NCBI GenBank assembly: GCA_965209055.1 | Contig: OZ242374.1 | Coordinates: 3,040,001-3,104,000, forward strand | Direction of reading: 5' to 3' | DNA: 64,000 nt | DNA from: Acidobacteriota bacterium | GTDB lineage: Bacteria > Acidobacteriota > UBA6911 > RPQK01 > JAJDTT01 | Part shown: in pieces, positions 50,076 through 60,500 of the stretch | How the letters are laid out: the number at the start of each line of letters is the position of its first letter | How positions within the stretch are numbered: position 1 is the first letter of the stretch | Made by a program: the position numbers and the translations under genes | The notes under the pieces: model-generated | Database searches by the model: none | Seen by the model: the letters and a program-made list of their open reading frames with translations, nothing else | What the model was told of the DNA's origin: nothing

Positions 50076-50945
50076 CTAGAACGGAGACTTGAACTCTTTC
50101 GAAAGTCCGAATGCCACGCCGTAGGACGGGTCGGTGTCTCGCAGCCCGGCAAAGCCGCCCAGATCCAGGTAGATCCCTCCCACCCGGATCTCCAGCGCGA
50201 TTCGCATCCTCTTTCGTTGCTCGGTTCCGATGCCCGATCGACTGGCAATGATGTCGGGTGACACCGGAATTCCCGTGTGGCGGCCGGACCCGGCCCTTCC
50301 GTAGAAATCGCCCACCAGATTGATCTTGGAAGTGATCGGGTAGATCATCCCCACCCCGTACAGGACCAGGTCGTCTTGGGCTGCCGCATCCAACGGGTCC
50401 CCCAAGAGCGCGAGACCCATGTTGATGAAGCCCCTCAGGCGGCCGAAACGCCGCTCCATGACGAGCGCGGAGAAGATGTTCGTCACGTCATTTCCGATGC
50501 CGGTCTCGTTCGATGCGATGGGAATCTGGGCGAGGAAGTGCAGTCCCATCGCTGGCCAACCGTTCTTCTCGTCCAGAAACCGGACCTTGGAGCCGACGAA
50601 AAGGTCGCCATAGTCGCTGGTCGAGTTTCCGGAAAAGGCGAGTTTCTCCGTGTGCGGAGCGGGGAACCTCTCGGAAATGGCCAAGGATTCCTGAACGGTC
50701 CAGCCCATCTGGAGTTCGGCTTTGGGTCCGACCCCAAAGCGCAGATCGCAGACACCGGCGCGGGTCAGGTTCCCCTTCAGCCCCGAGAGCCGGAAAGTGG
50801 CGTCCTGGAAGTGCTCGAAGCCGAGTCCGAAGCGGGTCATTCCTTCGGGAACGGTGCTGGCGGGTTCCGTATTCAGAGAACGTTCCTGAGCAAACAGGGA
50901 TCCGGAGAGGAGGACAAGCGCCGGCAGGACCGTGATCCGCTTCAT
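50076..50945 (-). CDS. Outer-membrane beta-barrel (transporter-like) hypothetical protein
   Basis: Signal peptide MKRITVLPALVLLSGSLFA, GDLFVGSKVRF, amphipathic strands and C-terminal Phe. Confidence 0.65.
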   Translation of the reverse strand: MKRITVLPALVLLSGSLFAQERSLNTEPASTVPEGMTRFGLGFEHFQDATFRLSGLKGNLTRAGVCDLRFGVGPKAELQMGWTVQESLAISERFPAPHTEKLAFSGNSTSDYGDLFVGSKVRFLDEKNGWPAMGLHFLAQIPIASNETGIGNDVTNIFSALVMERRFGRLRGFINMGLALLGDPLDAAAQDDLVLYGVGMIYPITSKINLVGDFYGRAGSGRHTGIPVSPDIIASRSGIGTEQRKRMRIALEIRVGGIYLDLGGFAGLRDTDPSYGVAFGLSKEFKSPF

Positions 50946-51157
50946 CCGGGGGAGTGTATGGACGCCTCCGAGGCGAGTCAACTTGCCCGCATTTCTCGCC
51001 AGGGGGCGCGCGCCCAGCGCAGTCTGTCCCGGAGAAACTATGGAAAAACCTCCGTAAATGTTCAAAAAAATCTTTTTCATCGTACGCATAGCGACCTGGT
51101 GAGAAATGCGGGCTAGGGCCAGACGCGGGACCGCGGACGATGGATGACCGGCCGCTC

Positions 51158-52276
51158 TTAACCGAACACTTCCTTGACCTTGCCGAAGAAACCCTCGTTG
51201 TCCCGGCTCGACTTCTCGATGGTGTCCAATTGGAGCAGCAACTCCCGTTGTTCCCGGCTCAGCCGCTTCGGAAAGGTGACCTTGATTCTGACAAACTGAT
51301 CCCCGCGGCCGTGTCCTCGAAGACTCATGACTCCGCGCCCCCTGAGACGGAAGACCGTACCGGGTTGCGTGCCTTCGGGCAGCCGCAATTTTTCCGTCCC
51401 CTGCAATGTCGGGACCACCAGTTCTGTTCCCAGCGCGGCCTGAACGAAACTCACCGGAACCTCGCAGTGAAGGTCGTTCTGATCCCGGCTGAAAAAGGGG
51501 TGTTCCTCGACGGAAAGGACCACGTAGAGGTCTCCCGAAGGTCCCTTGTTGGGCCCGGCCTCTCCTTCGCCGACGATGCGCAGCTTCGAACCCTGGTCCA
51601 CGCCAGGCGGAATCTTGATCTCCAGGACCTTCTCTCGCTGAATCCGGCCCGCCCCGTGGCACTGGCGGCACCGGTTCTTGACGATCCGTCCCGAGCCCTG
51701 GCATTGGGAACAGGTGCGGCTGATGGTAAAAAAGCCCTGCTGATAGCGTTGCTGGCCCTGACCTTGACAGGCCGGGCAGATGACGGGACCGGTTCCGGGG
51801 TCGGCGCCGGAGCCGTTACACGGTTCGCAGGTCTCTTGTCTGGGAATCTTGATCTTGGTCGTGGCTCCGAAGACGGCGTCCTCGAATGAGATTCTGAAAT
51901 CGTACCTCAGATCGGCGCCCCGGCGGGCCCGGGTCCCGCGGCCGGATCGTCCGCCGCCGAAGACGTCGCCGAATCCGAACAGATCGCCCAGGATATCGCT
52001 GAAGTCGGCGAAGGGATCGCCGCTGAATCCTCCACCCGGGCCTCCCGCGCCGCTCACGCCGGCATGGCCAAAGCGGTCGTACTGGGTGCGCTTCTGCGGG
52101 TCGATCAGAACGCTGTAGGCTTCGGCGGCCTCCTTGAAACGCTCTTCGGCCTGTTTGTCTCCCGGATTCTTGTCCGGATGGTACTTGATGGCGAGCTTGC
52201 GGTACGCTGCCTTCAGGTCCTGCTGAGAGGCCTTGCGGCCCACCCCCAGAACTTCGTAATAATCTCTTTTGGACAA
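51158..52276 (-). CDS. dnaJ: Chaperone DnaJ
   Basis: J-domain HPD, G/F region and four CxxCxGxG repeats. Confidence 0.98.
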   Translation of the reverse strand: MSKRDYYEVLGVGRKASQQDLKAAYRKLAIKYHPDKNPGDKQAEERFKEAAEAYSVLIDPQKRTQYDRFGHAGVSGAGGPGGGFSGDPFADFSDILGDLFGFGDVFGGGRSGRGTRARRGADLRYDFRISFEDAVFGATTKIKIPRQETCEPCNGSGADPGTGPVICPACQGQGQQRYQQGFFTISRTCSQCQGSGRIVKNRCRQCHGAGRIQREKVLEIKIPPGVDQGSKLRIVGEGEAGPNKGPSGDLYVVLSVEEHPFFSRDQNDLHCEVPVSFVQAALGTELVVPTLQGTEKLRLPEGTQPGTVFRLRGRGVMSLRGHGRGDQFVRIKVTFPKRLSREQRELLLQLDTIEKSSRDNEGFFGKVKEVFG

Positions 52277-52425
52277 AGCCGCTTTCTCCCTCTCCCAGCG
52301 GAGTCACGCCTCGGTTGCGATTCCCGATGAGGCGACGGTCGCCCCTAAAATAAGATCGTTGGCCGACCGATTCAAGGAACCCGATTTTTCATGCCGGACC
52401 GCACCCTTCCGCTGGGACGATCGGG

Positions 52426-52854
52426 TCAGCGTTTTTCCCAATCCGCGATCGCGCCGGGTGTGACGCGAAACAGCGGGTGAGCCTGTGGGGACTCCTCCCC
52501 GAACAATGACCGGCGCCACTCGGGGGCCCGCGCATCCAGTTTCTTGATCAGGTGACGCCATTCGAAACGGACCTGACCGAGCGTGACGTTGATCCTCCCG
52601 GTCGTGCGGCCGCGCGCGATTTTGCCGGAATCGAACCGGTAACCCCGCGCCACCGATTCCGCGTGCACGGCCCGGAGGTATTCGGCGATGAACGGCACCG
52701 GCGCCGATTGCGATTGAAACCGAACCAACTGCGGATGATGCCGGTAACCTCTCGTTTCGCCTCTGAGCACCGCTTGCGCCAGGAGTCCTTCTCGCCAAAG
52801 GGCCACGAGTCCTCGGGGATCAAGGTACTTGGGGTGCAGGCTCCAAAGGCGCAT
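52426..52854 (-). CDS. Pyrimidine-dimer DNA glycosylase / T4 endonuclease V-like protein
   Basis: MRLWSLHPKYLD..GLVALWREGLLAQAVL.G...GY.HHPQL.RF. Confidence 0.85.
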   Translation of the reverse strand: MRLWSLHPKYLDPRGLVALWREGLLAQAVLRGETRGYRHHPQLVRFQSQSAPVPFIAEYLRAVHAESVARGYRFDSGKIARGRTTGRINVTLGQVRFEWRHLIKKLDARAPEWRRSLFGEESPQAHPLFRVTPGAIADWEKR

Positions 52855-52893
52855 TGAGACTTTCCGGCGCCCGCGTGCGGGTGACCGTTCGGA

Positions 52894-53793
52894 TCAGGTT
52901 CGGATAATGGGATCGATAAATTCACGCATGGCCGCGACACACTCGTGCGGTTGTTCCAGTTGCAGCAAGTGGCTCGCTTCCGGAATGAAATCGTAGTCGA
53001 CGGTCAGCATGTTGCTCATATCCATGGTGGGGAGATAGGAGTACGGCAGCATCGGATCGGCCCCGATGACCTTGGTCGGGCAGCGAAGGGAATCAAGGTC
53101 CACGAGCACGGCAAACGCTCGCGCGTAGTCTACGAGTCGTGCTTCATATTCGGGTGGGCATCGAAGCTCGAATCCGTCTCCATCGGCACACTCCCGAAGC
53201 GTCGTCATGGCCACGAGATCGCAGACACCGGGCACGACACGTTGGAAGACCGGCAAATACGGAAGAAAGCCGGCAAACGCTTCCCTGGACTTGAAGCGGT
53301 CCGTCCGGCGCCGGGTCATGGCGGCGACCCGGGTCGCCGCCCGCTCGAATTCTTCGTAGCTGTCATCCGGCTTGCACAGGGGTGGGTCAAACAATACGCG
53401 CGCCGAGAATCCGCTTCCCCGTGTCGGTGACAAGAGCGTGATCAGAGCCGAAACGGAATGAAATACGCCGATTCGCGGCTTCTTCCCGAAATGGCCGTCG
53501 ATCGCCTCAAGAAGCCGGTCGTGGTCACGAATCAGCGTCGGAATGTTCTGCTCTCGCAGATTGCCGACCGTATTCCACCCATGGTTTCTGAGGTCGTAAA
53601 TGACCAAGTCGAATTCGTCGGCCAGGAGTGACCAGAAAGGATAGTAGAGATCTATGGCCAATCCGTTGCCGTGGCTCAGGACAAGGCGCGGACCTTCCGG
53701 GTTTCCGTGACGCCTCAGCGTGATCGAGGTGACATCGTCCACGCGGACCTCGCAAGTCGAGAGCGGTTCGGGTATTTTCCACGCGTCAGTCAA
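52894..53793 (-). CDS. Alpha/beta hydrolase (SupD/SupE-like)
   Basis: HGNG oxyanion loop, YDLRNHG, VFHSVS nucleophile elbow and C-terminal HLLQLEQP; lies downstream of the PKS and ACP. Confidence 0.8.
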   Translation of the reverse strand: MTDAWKIPEPLSTCEVRVDDVTSITLRRHGNPEGPRLVLSHGNGLAIDLYYPFWSLLADEFDLVIYDLRNHGWNTVGNLREQNIPTLIRDHDRLLEAIDGHFGKKPRIGVFHSVSALITLLSPTRGSGFSARVLFDPPLCKPDDSYEEFERAATRVAAMTRRRTDRFKSREAFAGFLPYLPVFQRVVPGVCDLVAMTTLRECADGDGFELRCPPEYEARLVDYARAFAVLVDLDSLRCPTKVIGADPMLPYSYLPTMDMSNMLTVDYDFIPEASHLLQLEQPHECVAAMREFIDPIIRT

Positions 53794-53818
53794 GTCGGAG
53801 GTTTTCCCAATAAGTTGT

Positions 53819-54023
53819 CGCTGCGCCAGGAAAAGGCAAACTCGCCATTTGGGCCGGGGTGGCGGCAGCGTTGCAAACGGACCCGGTGCCCCTTATCGAG
53901 CGAAGCTCAGTTGTCCGCCTCGGATGCTCTGTGGGGAGTCAGGTCGACGAGCAGGATGGAGATCTTACCGGCTGCCCTGAACGGACGCCGCGAACACTGA
54001 TCTGCGATAAGGGACATCGCCGG
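53819..54023 (-). ncRNA. Candidate structured RNA in the sup operon spacer
   Basis: Nested complementary segments found by eye (see findings); no family recognised. Confidence 0.3.
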
Positions 54024-54147
54024 TTGAGCTTGTTCCACCGATCACGTATTGGAGGGGAATTCTGCCTGCGACGAATGACCCGGTGGACCGTACAGACATC
54101 GGTGATGGTTACCCCGGGGGGCTGACTGTCTGCGGGTCCGGGAATGT

Positions 54148-54393
54148 TCAACCAGCGTGCGTATCGAGGTACTCGACTAACATCCCCACGGAACGAATCT
54201 TCGCACACTCTTCCGGAGGAATCGTGATGTTGAACTCCTTGGAGACGACCTGCATGAACGCAACGGCATCCATTGAGGAAACACCGGCCTCGATGAGGTT
54301 GGTGTTGAGATCCAAAGGTCGGCCCAACGGGCGTCCATCCACTTCGAGATTCTCGTCGACGATTTGTCTGATACGTTCCTCGACTGAGGCCAT
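54148..54393 (-). CDS. Free-standing acyl carrier protein (SupB-like)
   Basis: 81 aa, acidic; LIEAGVSSMDAV with the presumed phosphopantetheine Ser; EFNITIP helix. Confidence 0.8.
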   Translation of the reverse strand: MASVEERIRQIVDENLEVDGRPLGRPLDLNTNLIEAGVSSMDAVAFMQVVSKEFNITIPPEECAKIRSVGMLVEYLDTHAG

Positions 54394-54554
54394 ATTATTG
54401 ATCCTTTCAAACAGTTTAGGAGAAGGAAATCGACGGAAAAATTATCAGGAAGGGTTTCTCAAGTCAATCAATCGCCTCCGGATCACTCTTTTCCGTTGGA
54501 CGGGTTCGCGTCAAACGCCTTGCCGTCCCGAACTCCTTGGAGAATGCGTCAACG

Positions 54555-57500
54555 TCACGAGGTGGAAGCACTCTGCCTCGGCGCTCTGAACCAGTAGTGC
54601 CGTCGTTGAAATGGATAGACAGGCAGAGAAATCCGGCGCCGGACCTCTCCCGCAAACAGCCCGGCAAAGGAAACCGCAAGACCGGCCTCGTACACTCCTG
54701 CAACGGCCTCCACAAAGCAGCCGTCACATTCGTTCGCCGATTCCTTCCCGGAGGGGCGCCGCATACTCCGCAGCACGGCCGGTGCACGATTCGACTCCCC
54801 GCCCGGTGGATGAGACCAGGACCTGACGACCTTCGGCCCCAATATGGCATCGGGGCCAATTTCCAAAATGGCGTCAACACCAAGTCGTTTCAGTGTTCGG
54901 ACGCAATTGCCGAATCGTGCCGGTTCATTCGTCTGCCGGCGCCAGTACTCGCCGTCTGCCGCCTCGGTCGGCTCCATGACACGGCCTGTCGCACCGCTGA
55001 CCACGGCGCACGACGGCGGCGCGAACGTGGTTCCCCGCAATAATGCGTCCGGATTCTCCAACCCGGGTGCCGCTGCCCTGCCTTGCGGCCGGGTCGCCGG
55101 CAGCGGAATCCTCGCCGTTGCCAATCGAAGCCCTTCCTCCAAGCTCATAACCGCTGCGGCCTGCGCCGCCGCCAATTCCCCTACGCCCTGGCCGAACACG
55201 ACTCTGGGCTGAATCCCCACGCTTGACCACAGCGCCGCAAGTGCACATTCCAGTGCATATACGGCTGGCTGCGCCCACGAAGCCTGGTCCGAATCTCCGC
55301 CCGGATCGGACCGTCCGAACATCACGTCCAACAGCGAATACCCCCGTTGTTCCCGCAGCATTTCATCACAGCGATTCAGCACCGCCCGCACCACCGGCTC
55401 GCTGTCATACAACGCCTGGCCCATGCCGATCCACTGACTGCCCTCCCCGGTGAACACGAACGCCACCTTTTTGGCCGTCGCCGGCTCGGGACTTTCGTTT
55501 CCTTCGGCGATGGCCTTCAGTCCGGTACGCAACGACGGAGCGTCGTGGAATACGACTGCGGCCCGGTAATCGAAATGACTACGACCCAGTCCCGCCGTCC
55601 ACGCCATATCCGCAAGCATCGCCTCTTCGGCCGCTGACGAAGTCAGCTCTCCGGTCCGCTCGTCGAACCAGCTCGCGTACCTCCCCGCCAGTTTCCGCAG
55701 GGCACCGCCGGACTTCCCGGACAAGGGCAGGAGCCGGAGCCCGCGCGCCCGGAATTCTCCTTGCTCCGGTAGCGGCAGGTCCGACAGCGGCTCGGGAAGA
55801 GAAACGGCGACCGTCCGCCCGGAACCCGCCGGTGGAGATCCGGAGTTCGAATCGTCGCCATTGGTTGTTCCGTACCCTTCCACGACGATGTGGGAGTTCG
55901 CGCCCGAAACCCCGAACGCGCTGATTGCTGCCCGCGGCGGCCGATCGGCGTGACGAGGCCAGTCCGTCGCCTCGGAAGTCACCTTTACAGGGAGCCGGTC
56001 CCATTCCACGTTCGGGTTCGGGTTGTTGAAGTGCAATTGCTTTGGAATCACCCCCTGCTTCATCGCGAGGAGTACCTTGATGAGTCCGGCAACGCCGGCA
56101 GCCGTCTCCAGATGGCCGATATTGCCCTTGACCGAGCCGATCAACAGCGGGCTGTCCGCTTCACGTCCCTTGCCGTACACCGCCGCTGCCGCCTGCACTT
56201 CAATCGGGTCGCCCAACGCCGACCCGACCCCGTGGGCCTCGAGGTAGTCGACGTCCGGTGGAGAAACTCCCGAACGGGACAGCGCCTCCTCGATCACCCG
56301 TTCCTGTGCCGGACCGTTGGGGACCGTCGGTCCGGCGCTTGCCCCGTTTTGGTTGACCGCCGATCCGAGGATCACGCCCCAGATGCGGTCGCCGTCGGCC
56401 TGCGCCCTTTCGAGCCGCTTCAGGACGACCATTCCGCAGCCTTCCCCCCGCACGAAGCCATCGGCGGAGGCATCGAATGCGTTGCACCGGCCTGCCTTCG
56501 ACAACATACCCATGTCTGCCATCGCCCTCGTGATCTCAGGCGACAGGATTGCACTCACGCCTCCTACGAGTGCCAGGTCCACTTCATCCTGGCGCAAGCT
56601 CGCGACCGCGTGGTGTACCGCGACCAGCGACGACGCGCAGTTGAGTTCCACCGGTATCGTCGGCCCCTCAAGTCCCAGATGAAATGCGACGCGTCCGACG
56701 GTCATGCTGGCGGCGTTGCCCAGGTAACTCACGCCGTAGTCGTTCTTCGCCATCAGGTCCCGGTATTCGCTGGTAGCGATACCGGCATAGACTCCGGTGC
56801 GGCTGCCCCGCAAGCTGGCCGGATCTATCCCGGCATCCTCGAGAGCCTGCCAACTCGTCTCCAGAAGCATGCGCTGCCGCGGGTCCATCATGCGCGCCTC
56901 GATCGGCGCAACCCGGAAGAATCTCGCATCAAAGGTCTCGATCTCCTCCACGAACCCGCCCCGGCAGTAGGCGGCATATTCCGGCGGAAGGTCTCCGGCA
57001 AGATTGCTCCAGTTGTCGGAACCCGGGCGCCGGTCGGTCACCGCGTCCGCGCCGGCTTCGAGCTGGCGCCAGAATGCTTCATGATCCGGGGCGCCGGGGA
57101 AGCGACACGCCATGCCCACGATCGCTATGGCGTCTCCCTCAGCTTGATACGCCGGACGTTGCTCAGGCCCGGGTTGAGGCTCCGGTACGGTTTCACCCTC
57201 AACTTGGGCAAGCTCTTCGGAGAGATGACGGGCCAGGGTAGCGATGTCGGGGTAGTCGAACACGATGGTGTTGGACGCGGTGTACTCCTCGGCAAACGCC
57301 CGGTTGAGCCGGTTCCGCAACTCCACCGCCATCAGGGAGTCCATCCCCAGATCGAAGAAACCTACAGTCGGCGCCGGTTCCGATGGCAGCCGCAGGACGG
57401 ATTGCACCTCCGCCTGCAGGAACGCCACCAGCACCTCTTCGCGCTCCACGACGGGCGATTCCCGCAGCCGGGACAGCACGTTTCTGGTTGAGCCGGAGGC

Positions 57501-60500
57501 ATCCCCGCCGGCATCGGCCGTCGTCGACAGCAGATCTTCCAGTAGTGGTGGACGGTCCTCGACAGCCTCTTCGAATACCGACCAGTCCATGGACATCACG
57601 ACGGAATGCGTGACGTCTTGGCGCACCAGCCGGTCGAATGCCCTGAGGCCCTGCTGAGGAGTAAACCAGCGGCCGCCGAGCGCCGATCGTTGCCGGTCGA
57701 TCCGCTCCCGTTGTTCCGCCGCCTCGCCGATTTCCGACCAGGCCCCCCAGGCGATGGCCTGCCCCGGGAGCCCCATCGCCCGGCGGTGACCGGCCAGTTG
57801 GTCCAGAAACGCATTGGCGGCGGCATGGTTGGCCTGTCCCGGATTGCCCATAACGCCGACGCGGCTGGAGTAGAGGACGAACATGTCCAGGTCGCGGTCG
57901 ACGGTGGCGCGATGCAGGTGCCAGGCCCCCAGTATTTTCGGCCACAGAACGGTTTCGAACCTCTCCCAGGTCTGGTTGGTGAGCGCACCGTCGGACAGCA
58001 CCCCGACGCTGTGGATCACGCCGCCCAAGGGGGGCAGTTCCCGGTCCACGCGCGCCAGCATCGCGTCCACGGCATTCCCGTCCGTCACATCCGCCAACTC
58101 GACCTGGACCGTTGCCCCGCGTTCCCGGAGCGCGCGGATCGCTTCCTCGGCATCGGCTTCGGGCGCGCGTCGTCCATTCAGCACGATGGCCCCGGCGCCA
58201 CGTTCCGCCAGCCAGCGGGCGACGGCGCATCCGATCCCGCCCAGACCGCCGGTCACCAGGTAGGTCCGGTCCCGGCGCAACCGGTTCCCCATGAGCGGCG
58301 GCGTGGTCACGACGATCTTCCCGAGGTGCCGGGCCGACCGCATGAAGCTCAACGCGGCTCCGGCTTCCGCCAACGGCCACCGGCTGTGGACGATGGGTTT
58401 CAGTTCGCCCGCCGCAAGGCGCTCCATCACTCCCCGAAGGACCCTCCCGACCCATGCGGGATCGGTCTTTTTCAGAACATCCAGTTCCAGGATGGAGTAG
58501 GGGACGTCGGGACGCACCGCCGCCATTTCGTCTTCGCTGAGGATGTCCCGCCTGGCCATCTCCACGAAGCGGCCACCGTGCCTGAGACAGGACAGACTCG
58601 CATCGATGAAACCCTCTCCCGTCAGACTGTTCAGCACCACGTCCACGCCGCTGCCGCCGGTGGCTTCCAGAATCTCCTTCCCGAACGCCGTCTGGCGGCT
58701 GTCGAACACGTGTTCCACACCCAGCGACCTCAAGTAAGCCTGCTTGCGGGCGCTGGCTGTGGCGAAGACCTCAGCTCCCGCCGCCTGCACCCACTGGATG
58801 GCCGCCAAACCCACCCCGCCGGCGCCGGCGTGAATCAGCACCCGTTCGCCAGCCTTCAGGCCGGAGAGCTCAAAGGACAGCGCGGCCGATACGAACGCGC
58901 TCGGCACCGTCGCCAGTCCAGTCACCGAAAACCCCGCCGGGGCGGGGGCCACCAACTCTTCGTGGGTGACCATCTCCGGTGCGAACGCACCGAATCCCAG
59001 ACCAACCACGTGGTCTCCGGCCGATACCGTGGATACGTCGGAGCCCACGTCCAGGACACAGCCGCACATCTCCCGGCCCAACCGTCCCTCCTCGATAAAG
59101 CCGAGCGAACGAAATACGTCCCAGAAGTTCAGCCCGGCCGCTTCCACCGAGATGCGTACTTCCCGCGGCTCCAGTGAATGCTCCGGCAGCGGCTGGACGT
59201 ACGGTTGATCGAAGACACCGCTCGTGTCCGGAGCCAGGACCCAGCCCGGCTCTTGGGGCAGGGCCAGGCGCTCCGCCTCCGATTCCGCCCGAACCAGCCG
59301 TGCGATTTGACGCCGTCCCCATCGGTACGCGATGTGATTCTCCGGGTCGGGATACATCAACTCATTGACCAGGTCCGGTTCGGCCGCCCTCTCGCCGGGA
59401 TCCAAATCGATCATCCTCGGCTGTAGATGCGCTGCTTCCCGGGCCACCCCCTTGCCGAAACCCCAAAGGGCTGCGCCGGCAAGTTCGCCGCCCAGCTCAC
59501 GCTCCAATACCTGGGCCCCTCGAGTGAGAAACCACATCCCCTTTACAGGCGTCAGATCGGAGTCGGCCGCGCCTTGCACCATGGCCAACGCGCTCGCTCC
59601 CGCGTGTCTCACGTCCGCCGCGATTTCTTCCGGGGTCGCTTCCGCACCGTGACCGTCCAGGGCCGCAAGATGCACCATGCCGTTGAACGGAACGTCCCGG
59701 GGCAGGCTGTCGATCAGCGAACTCCACGACTCCCGCCGGCCCATGTCCAACGGTGTTTCGAAAACGCCGGGACCGGGCGTTCCCGGCCACCCGTTTCCCG
59801 ACGATTCGCTGTCTACGAGCAGGACTGTCTGGTTCCGAGCCGCCAAATCGGTTGCCAGCTTCGCCGCCGCGCCGCCCCGGTCGGCTCCCAAGACCCACAC
59901 GCCTCGCGGTTCCGTCGCCTCGGCCGGGCCTCTGGCCACGATAACGCCCTTGTCCGGCGTCCTGGCCGCATCGGACTCGTCCACTCCCAGGACCTCCACT
60001 TCTTCGAAACCGGCGTCCCCAAGTGCTCGTCGCCACACCGCGGGGCTTGCCAGGGCGTGGTGCGGACGGTAGTCGTCGGCAAACCGCCACCAACCGTCCA
60101 ACTGTCCGAAAGTCAGGTCCATCCAACCCAAACCGCTGAGGTTCTCCAGTGCGATCAACTGGCCGGATGGCGCGAGAAGCTGCCGGCAGTGCCCCAGGGT
60201 CTCTTCGAGGTGCCGCGTGGCGTGCAGCACGTTGGATGCGAGCAGCACGTCATAGCCGTGGGCGTCGAAGCCCTGGTCGACCGGGTCTTTTTCGATATCC
60301 AGCGGACGGTATTCGATGCACCCGCCGGCGTCGCCGAAACGCTCCTCCGCTTCGGCAAAGAAGCCCGCCGAGATGTCGGTGTACATGTAGTCGAATCGCC
60401 CTTCCGGGAGTTCCGGAAGCACCGATGCAGTCGCCGATCCCGTGCCGGCCCCGACCTCGATCACCCTGAGTCGCCTTCCGTCGGGCAGCGCCGCCACGAG

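Noticed and set aside
52277-52425. CIRCE element or grpE remnant upstream of dnaJ
   Set aside because: No TTAGCACTC-N9-GAGTGCTAA and no GrpE-like translation.
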